Shown here: piece after piece, positions 30,645 through 36,423 of the stretch
Numbering within the stretch: the first letter of the stretch is position 1
Layout: each line of letters opens with the position of its first letter
From: Candidatus Saccharimonadota bacterium
GTDB lineage: Bacteria > Patescibacteriota > Saccharimonadia > Saccharimonadales > UBA10212
Length of the DNA: 64,000 bases
Reading direction: 5' to 3'
Assembly (NCBI GenBank): GCA_013815775.1
Contig: JACDFN010000001.1
Span: 241,858 to 305,857, forward strand
Notes under the pieces: generated by a model
Told to the model about the DNA's origin: nothing
Databases searched by the model: none
What the model saw: only the letters and a program-made list of their open reading frames with translations
Made by a program: the position numbers and the translations under genes

Positions 30645-31022
30645 CTAGTGTGTTTTTAGCCTCAGTAAGTGGTAACCAAAGCCACTGACAAGTACGAGGT
30701 GTAGGGCAACAATCAGTAAGCCCCGCACATTCAGTACGCCACCTATAACTCCAAAGATACTTACCAGTAAAGCAATACACAGGGTTGAGAAGTTGCCGAT
30801 GATAGTTGCCCGCATAACCATGAAGTGGTCATAGTGGGCTGTGTACCAGTTTAAGTAAGAATAACCCACTAAAGACGACCCTAGAAAACGAACAAAAATC
30901 GCTCCTTCGTGCATAGAATGAGTTAAAAATATATTTGCTACTGTAAGGGGCAAGAACAATAGCGCAGCCCCAATAAGTGCGGTGGCTATAGTTGTCATAC
31001 GTAGGAATAATTTTACTGACAT
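30645..31022 (-). CDS. four-TM membrane protein
   Basis: Hydrophobic ORF whose ATG is 27 nt from the att repeat. Confidence 0.7.
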   Translation of the reverse strand: MSVKLFLRMTTIATALIGAALLFLPLTVANIFLTHSMHEGAIFVRFLGSSLVGYSYLNWYTAHYDHFMVMRATIIGNFSTLCIALLVSIFGVIGGVLNVRGLLIVALHLVLVSGFGYHLLRLKTH

Positions 31023-31049
31023 TATTTTGAGCTTACGTTAAGAAACTGA

Positions 31050-31163
31050 TGGTGCAGGATAGTTGACGTATTTCAAACATCTGCAACAGCTGCTACAAAT
31101 GATTATAAACTAAAACACTTGGCTGAGGTATTCAATTTGTCAGCTAGTTTCATAACAGAGTAG
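31050..31163 (+). pseudogene. att site plus orphan C-terminal gene tail, copy 2
   Basis: TGGTGCAGG...; reads WCRIVDVFQTSATAATNDYKLKHLAEVFNLSASFITE*; preceded directly by in-frame TGA. Confidence 0.8.
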
Positions 31164-31227
31164 CTTATTTTTTAACTTGGCAAGGTCATAGCTTAACACT
31201 TTTGGATGTATGGAGTTTTGTATGTAG

Positions 31228-31650
31228 TCATGTTGTTTCTTCTTTTGGGGTATTATGAAAAGCCTTGTTAGTCAACGATAAGTAAACTGTTCCTAGGAAA
31301 ACTGCAAGACCACTCAAAATCCACTCATGATACGATAGGTTGTCTAGAAACACATGCCCTAGAAATACATTCATCCAAGGCTGGTGTGGAGAACCTGCTT
31401 GGTAAAGATAGTCTGGTAGCATTGCGTATTGGTGCAAAGTAAATGCCCAGAAAATAAAGTTACGTGACGGCCGTTTTTGAAGACTCAGGGTTATAAAAAT
31501 TAATAATGCAGCGTTTACTCCGGCCAAACTGTGCAAGAAAAAATGGATGACGGCATCATGAGCTTTGTACTGAGAGAACAAGAATAACTCCACAAAAGCA
31601 ACTCCAATGATTAGGATGTGTTTTAGCTTAGTGTGACTTCTCATTTTCAT
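31228..31650 (-). CDS. His-rich membrane protein
   Basis: TM helices with HFFLHS, HQYAMLPD, HQPWMNVFLGH. Confidence 0.7.
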   Translation of the reverse strand: MKMRSHTKLKHILIIGVAFVELFLFSQYKAHDAVIHFFLHSLAGVNAALLIFITLSLQKRPSRNFIFWAFTLHQYAMLPDYLYQAGSPHQPWMNVFLGHVFLDNLSYHEWILSGLAVFLGTVYLSLTNKAFHNTPKEETT

Positions 31651-31762
31651 AAGAGCCTTTATCTTTCCCCGAGTGTCCTTTCATCATCACAAACATCATG
31701 ATGCCCATTGCTATAGGGCAGGCTAAAGCTAGTATTAGTAAAATCAGCGAACTTTTTTCCAC
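31628..31762 (-). CDS. 44-aa Met/Cys membrane peptide, DUF2933-like (not in ORF track)
   Basis: SD GGAGGTG, GTG start; MEKSSLILLILALACPIAMGIMMFVMMKGHSGKDKGSYENEKSH. Confidence 0.7.
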   Translation of the reverse strand: MEKSSLILLILALACPIAMGIMMFVMMKGHSGKDKGSYENEKSH

Positions 31763-32619
31763 GTCCCACCTCCATCGGTAGTTTTGTGTACCACTAAGCT
31801 ACGGTTTATCAGATAGATAGTAGACGGATTTTGAGGGTCGTAGGCAACCTGCATAACCATACTGTCTTCGTAACTAAGTTTATTCCAAGTAATACTTCCA
31901 TCCTTACTCACCACTAAGCCTTGCCCGTCGGTGTAAGCGATTATCTCTTTATCGCTTTTGGGATTCACAGCCAGTGCCATTACTGCGCCTTTCAGATTCA
32001 AGGCTGACCATGTACTGCCTTGATTACTGCTGACAAATAAACCATTAGTCGTTCCAGCGTACACAGTGTCCTGATTAGAAGGACTAGTGGCAAGTATAAT
32101 CACATTACTTATCGTGTTGGGTAGCAGTTTCCAGTTTTTACCTTCATCATCACTTTTTTGTAGCTGTCCTCGGTATGAGCCATAAATAATGCTTGGATTA
32201 GCCTGACTTACTGTCATTGTATGAAAGTCCACTGGGCCATTGACGCCGTCTGATACTTTTTGCCAAGACTTTCCGCCGTCGGTAGATTTTTGAAAACCGA
32301 TGTTACCGCCAGTACTAGGGTGTCCACTACTGTAGAAAGTATTAGGGTCACTAGTGTGAGCCGAAAAGCCCATGTAATCGTCTCTTGCCGTGCCGACATT
32401 TAGCAGTTCGCTGTCATTGCTCATAACCAATAAGCCCTTATGAGTGGCAATGTACACTTTTGTGGGATCTTTGCGGTCAACTGAAAGGCCGTGAGCGTCT
32501 TGAAGACTGCTAACCGTGCCGGACTCATTCATGCTACTTTCTTCTGATGTTTTAGAGAGTAGCAAGAATGCAGAAAGCAAGACGACTCCTATACCAAGCA
32601 CTGTGACAAATCTCTTCAT
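31744..32619 (-). CDS. secreted BNR/Asp-box beta-propeller protein (F510_1955-like)
   Basis: N-terminal anchor, DAHGL, IATHKGL, DYMGF, SGHP, VDFH, repeated SxDxGxxW boxes. Confidence 0.8.
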   Translation of the reverse strand: MKRFVTVLGIGVVLLSAFLLLSKTSEESSMNESGTVSSLQDAHGLSVDRKDPTKVYIATHKGLLVMSNDSELLNVGTARDDYMGFSAHTSDPNTFYSSGHPSTGGNIGFQKSTDGGKSWQKVSDGVNGPVDFHTMTVSQANPSIIYGSYRGQLQKSDDEGKNWKLLPNTISNVIILATSPSNQDTVYAGTTNGLFVSSNQGSTWSALNLKGAVMALAVNPKSDKEIIAYTDGQGLVVSKDGSITWNKLSYEDSMVMQVAYDPQNPSTIYLINRSLVVHKTTDGGGTWKKVR

Positions 32620-32669
32620 CTGTTGAAAATGTTAGAAGGCATACTGTTTGAAAAACGTTTGGGTTGAAA

Positions 32670-32746
32670 TGGTGCGGGTGAGGGGACTCTAACCCCTGGC
32701 CTCTTCCTTGGCAAGGAAGCGCTCTAAACAACTGAGCTACACCCGC
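32670..32746 (-). tRNA. tRNA-Gly(GCC)
   Basis: GCGGGTG acceptor, CTTCC-TTGCCAA-GGAAG, T-arm AGGGG-TTAGAGT-CCCCT, CCA. Confidence 0.95.
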
Positions 32747-32880
32747 GCGGGTGATGAGACAAACCTACGGTTTTTCTCATCGCTCGTCGGCAAAGCCGAG
32801 CCTAAAGGCCAAGCTCGCTGCTCTTTTCCCTCAGCGATAGCCGACTGAACACCGTAAATTGTAGCAAATACCCCTGTTAA

Positions 32881-32920
32881 AAGCAAAGCGCGCGACGGTC
32901 GCGTCGCGCGCTTGTTGCTT
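32881..32920 (-). terminator. GC-rich stem-loop terminator
   Basis: AAGCGCGCGACG-GTCG-CGTCGCGCGCTT downstream of the 32935 ORF. Confidence 0.75.
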
Positions 32921-32934
32921 GTTACAGCCTATAC

Positions 32935-33330
32935 TTAGTTAGCAGGACTAAATGCTGCCGTGCAGAGTTCAGGAATATTAATTCCATCTTGCTGGAATTG
33001 TCCGACTGAACGACCCCTGGTGGGATTGTCTGGATCAGTAGGGTTATTGACGAATGGTCCAGGCGATTGAGTCGGTACCACATTTCCACCTTTAGTACCG
33101 GGCACCTGCTCAGCGGGGCCGCCGGGCGCTCCGTTAGCCATGTTAGGCTCATTGCCGTAGACGATATCGGATATACAATTGCCAACGGTTGGACCACTCT
33201 GCGCATTGCCCGAGGCTAGAACTGGCATTGCTACTCCTGCTAGAAGCACCACGCTGGCTAGACCGGTTGTGATAAATCGCTTAACTTTAGATTTTTCAAG
33301 TTCAATACCATTGTTTAGTTGATATTTCAT
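32935..33330 (-). CDS. secreted Pro/Gly-rich hypothetical protein
   Basis: SD AAGGAGG, signal peptide ending VLA, two Cys. Confidence 0.75.
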   Translation of the reverse strand: MKYQLNNGIELEKSKVKRFITTGLASVVLLAGVAMPVLASGNAQSGPTVGNCISDIVYGNEPNMANGAPGGPAEQVPGTKGGNVVPTQSPGPFVNNPTDPDNPTRGRSVGQFQQDGINIPELCTAAFSPAN

Positions 33331-33420
33331 AGACCCTCCTTTAGTTACAAAGCTTGAGTTTACATATCGTTAAGACGTATTCATGTAAAAATTCTTACTG
33401 CAGTATCGACATAGGCTTTT

Positions 33421-33475
33421 AAAGCAAAGTGGCGCAGGCTTTATGCCTACGCCTCTTCACTTTTTGTTTGCTTTT
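33421..33475 (-). terminator. stem-loop terminator
   Basis: AAAGCAAA GTG GCG AGGC...GCCT CGC CAC TTTGCTTT nested inverted repeat. Confidence 0.55.
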
Positions 33476-33513
33476 ATTGTAACGTACTTTAACCGTTAGC
33501 TTTATTTTTAATG

Positions 33514-34746
33514 TTAATTACTTTGATGACCATGGTCGTGGCCAGGGTGGCCGTGCAATTGATGGTTGAAGTAGCTAACGCACTGACCTTGGTTTTTGAA
33601 TGGATTACCCTCGTTGTCTGTTAGGTTCATCCACCCATGTTTTTTACAATCATCCTTAGATGAAGGTTCATTCGTCAGCTCAAAGTCGTATGTAGTTGCA
33701 ACGTCGGCCGCATTTATGACTACATTATCAAAGTAGCCAGCTAAGCCCGTGTCGCTAGCGGAAGTATCTCCAACGTTTAGAGCGATAAAGTCTACAGTGC
33801 TGCCTGCAGGCATCCCGCTAAGTGTAGCTGGGCAAGAGAATGTATCTGGGCGGTCAGCAATCGCGCTCGGTGCATCGGTTGAATTAAATGTAGCTGTTGT
33901 GAAATTTGTTGCAGATCCTGTTGCTGGGACATAGTCGTATCTACAGTCATAGTAATTTGTTGAGCCTGCAAGTTTTGTGTAGACGTTTAAGTAAAATTGA
34001 TCTGCGTCAGCAACAGTACCATTGCCCGCAATCAGGAAATCGTAAGCTACTGATTCAAACGTAGACACAGGTGTTCCGAGAGTTTTAGCGGCTATGAATT
34101 TGTGTGCCGCTGTTGATCCAATCGGCTGTACGTATAGGCTACCGTCTCCAATACTGTATTGATTTTCCGTAAAATTGTACGGCGTAGCATTTGTGGGATC
34201 AGGATTAAATACCCAGCCTTGTGTGTTTGCCGCAGTCACCACTTTAGTATTGGTAGTAGAAGCCGTGCCTGATGTAGTTGCCCATGTGCCGCCTCTACTG
34301 CCTATGCCATCAGGATAATTGTCAGTCCATGTGCCGCTCATGGTTCCACTAGGTGCTACATTTCCCGCCATATTCATATGAGTACTGTCTGCACCTAATG
34401 AATAGTTAACGCTCGTAGTGACCGCATTGCCGCTAACATTGCCCGTGCCGCTCCATTCAAAAGTATGAGAGCCGCCAGCCGGGTAGCCGCCGGCTATATT
34501 GAAGCTACCTGCGCTGTCTTGGCTGGAGATTGTAGCATCATGAGTATATGTACCGCTACAGCCGCTTGTACAGGTAAAAGCTATTTCATATGAGCCGTTT
34601 AAATTCCAGGGAGTTGCAGCTGACGCTCCACCCGCAGTAACAAACATGACTGCCGGTAATGCGAGAGCTACCAGCGCCATTAAAGTTTTTGATAAGTCTA
34701 GTTTTGATCTAATTTTCCTCACACCCTTATAAATTTCATATTGCAC
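33514..34746 (-). CDS. secreted beta-rich protein with C-terminal CKxxGW...FKNQGQCVS motif and His-rich tail
   Basis: SD AAGGAG, GTG start, signal peptide ending ASA, Thr/Ser/Gly-rich. Confidence 0.8.
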   Translation of the reverse strand: MQYEIYKGVRKIRSKLDLSKTLMALVALALPAVMFVTAGGASAATPWNLNGSYEIAFTCTSGCSGTYTHDATISSQDSAGSFNIAGGYPAGGSHTFEWSGTGNVSGNAVTTSVNYSLGADSTHMNMAGNVAPSGTMSGTWTDNYPDGIGSRGGTWATTSGTASTTNTKVVTAANTQGWVFNPDPTNATPYNFTENQYSIGDGSLYVQPIGSTAAHKFIAAKTLGTPVSTFESVAYDFLIAGNGTVADADQFYLNVYTKLAGSTNYYDCRYDYVPATGSATNFTTATFNSTDAPSAIADRPDTFSCPATLSGMPAGSTVDFIALNVGDTSASDTGLAGYFDNVVINAADVATTYDFELTNEPSSKDDCKKHGWMNLTDNEGNPFKNQGQCVSYFNHQLHGHPGHDHGHQSN

Positions 34747-34815
34747 AAGCACCTCCTTATTTAACTTAAACAGTATAGTATCATAAATTTGACAATAAAA
34801 ACAGCAATGGCTTGC

Positions 34816-34824
34816 TGTGGATAA
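34816..34824 (-). promoter_or_regulatory. single perfect DnaA box (TTATCCACA)
   Basis: TGTGGATAA on the + strand in an intergenic region. Confidence 0.45.
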
Positions 34825-34929
34825 CTCGGTACTTAATATTAAATTCGTTACAACACTGAAGTGGCCTAAAAACCAAAGTCATAATAAGGAAGATGGCCCA
34901 AGAACGCTGGTGCGTTCTTGGGCCGAAGC

Positions 34930-34980
34930 CCGGGCAAGGCTGTTGGGCTCCTTGTTTAGCGCATACAAAACCTTGCCCGG
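34930..34980 (-). terminator. stem-loop downstream of the GC-rich gene
   Basis: CCGGGCAAGG...CCTTGCCCGG. Confidence 0.55.
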
Positions 34981-35001
34981 ACTATCAGCCATCGTTCGGT
35001 G

Positions 35002-35394
35002 CTACGCGAGGACCAGCTCGCGCTGCTTGGTGGTCCCGAACTGGACCGGCTGGAGATTCTCGCCGAAGACCTCCTTCAGCGACGGCAGCACGATGTCCTC
35101 CTCGACCGTCGTCCAGTCGGCAGTCGGGGCCTTGTAGACCTTGACCGACTCGGGCCGGAAAGTGATCCGCGAGATCGACTTCTCGAAGCCCTTACCCATG
35201 ATCCGGTCGGCGATCTGCTTGCCGATTGGGCTGAGGCCCTCGAACTGAGCCCCCGAGTCGTACATGGGATGCCAGAACGGCTGGTACGGCTGTCCCGATG
35301 CGGTGAGCTTGATCCCATCACCTTCGAGGTGGTACTCCCGAGCGCTCTCGGTGGACGTCGGGCGAACGATGACCTGCTTGGCTTGCGGGTTCAT
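35002..35394 (-). CDS. GC-rich hypothetical protein, possibly Nfu/NifU N-terminal-like
   Basis: SD AAGGAG; strong GC3 bias; ITFRPESVKVYKAPTADWTTVEEDIV resembles the Nfu_N strand-K-x-DW-helix pattern. Confidence 0.65.
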   Translation of the reverse strand: MNPQAKQVIVRPTSTESAREYHLEGDGIKLTASGQPYQPFWHPMYDSGAQFEGLSPIGKQIADRIMGKGFEKSISRITFRPESVKVYKAPTADWTTVEEDIVLPSLKEVFGENLQPVQFGTTKQRELVLA

Positions 35395-35415
35395 GCTTCT
35401 CCTTTTAAGTCTTTG

Positions 35416-35533
35416 AATGAACGATGACTTGCGTGTAGTAGCAGCAACTTTAAGCTGCTTAGCTCTTAAACCTCCTTTTTGGTAGGGAACTAGCTACTAC
35501 AACCCCCACCCTTAGTGAGAGTCATTCTTCATT
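35416..35533 (-). ncRNA. candidate multi-stem structured 5' leader RNA
   Basis: AATGAA/TTCATT and ATGACT/AGTCAT basal stem, TGTAGTAGC/GCTACTACA inner stem, three internal hairpins. Confidence 0.5.
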
Positions 35534-35695
35534 TTGGATATGTTTAATAAAATTTGCAGTAAAAATTCACTCTGGAAGTATATTGATTGTGTGTTCGGGT
35601 AAGTCTTGTTTCTACAAAAACACCCTAAGTTTTAGCATACTGTGAGAATTGTTGCTAAGTAACACCTTATATAATAAAATTATCATGCTAAGCTT

Positions 35696-35771
35696 GGCTC
35701 TTTAGCTCAGTTGGTAGAGCAGAGGCTTGAAGAGCCTTGTGTCCCCAGTTCGAGTCTGGGAGGAGCCACCA
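35696..35771 (+). tRNA. tRNA-Phe(GAA)
   Basis: Cloverleaf, GAGGC-TTGAAGA-GCCTT, CCA. Confidence 0.95.
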
Positions 35772-35916
35772 GTTTAAGTCGTGACTTCGGCTTTCGTACT
35801 TTACTATAAAGTAAAGTAGTTTCAGCCTTCGCACGCCTTTACGCTTAACAATTTTACAAAAACCTGCACTGCGTGATTTTGCAAAATTGAAAAAGATTAA
35901 GTATCAGCATAAAATC

Positions 35917-36001
35917 GGGTGAGTGGTGAAATTGGTATACACGCAGCCTTGAGGTGGCTGTGCCGCAAGGCGTGGAGGTTCAAGTCCTCTCTCACCCACC
36001 A
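35917..36001 (+). tRNA. tRNA-Leu(GAG)
   Basis: CAGCC-TTGAGGT-GGCTG, long variable arm, CCA. Confidence 0.95.
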
Positions 36002-36006
36002 GGAAA

Positions 36007-36083
36007 GGGCGCTTAGCTCAGTTGGCTAGAGCATCTCGTTTACACCGAGAGGGTCGGGGGTTCGAGTCCCTCAGCGCCCACCA
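36007..36083 (+). tRNA. tRNA-Val(TAC)
   Basis: TCTCG-TTTACAC-CGAGA, GTTCGAGTC, CCA. Confidence 0.95.
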
Positions 36084-36100
36084 CATATCGACAAACTAAA

Positions 36101-36137
36101 GAGTCCTGGCGAGAATATAACTAGCCAGGGCTTTTTT
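36101..36137 (+). terminator. terminator of the tRNA cluster
   Basis: GAGTCCTGGC...GCCAGGGCTTTTTT. Confidence 0.7.
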
Positions 36138-36160
36138 ATTTCGCAACGAATTAACCTTAA

Positions 36161-36421
36161 CTAGTTACTCGAGTTTTTCTGGGCGTTTCTTCGACGTTCT
36201 GCGTATGAGCTTAGCCCTCTTAGGGCTACAACCGCCCAGATGATGTTGACCACCATGGTTACGTAAGCCTTGTAGTGAAACTGATAAACCATGACAAGCA
36301 GTGCCCCAACAAAATTATCCAGCTCGTACCAAAAAGACTTTCCGGTCCACTTGCCAACGCTGGTTCTATAAAAACCAAGCAGTATTAGTAATGAGCCGGC
36401 TATTCCTATTGCTGTATACAT
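36161..36421 (-). CDS. CBU_0592-like small membrane protein
   Basis: GSLLILLGF...YELDNFVGA...VNIIW three-TM pattern. Confidence 0.7.
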   Translation of the reverse strand: MYTAIGIAGSLLILLGFYRTSVGKWTGKSFWYELDNFVGALLVMVYQFHYKAYVTMVVNIIWAVVALRGLSSYAERRRNAQKNSSN

Positions 36422-36423
36422 AA

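Larger units (their letters stand above)
28201..31049. mobile_element. distal integrase-less cassette (2849 bp) integrated at tRNA-Gly
   Basis: Bounded by TGGTGC(G/A)GG repeats at 28201 and 31050; five minus-strand cargo genes. Confidence 0.75.
31050..32669. mobile_element. proximal integrase-less cassette (1620 bp) integrated at tRNA-Gly
   Basis: Bounded by the att repeat at 31050 and the tRNA-Gly CCA at 32670; inverted arms 31065-31079 and 32645-32659. Confidence 0.78.

Noticed and set aside
34760-34900. Replication origin
   Set aside because: Only one DnaA box and no dnaA/dnaN context.
34817-35427. Plus-strand ORFs 34817-35137, 34893-35144, 34999-35427 and minus ORF 35076-35321
   Set aside because: Shadow ORFs caused by the GC3 bias of the 35002-35394 gene, which has the SD and the codon pattern.
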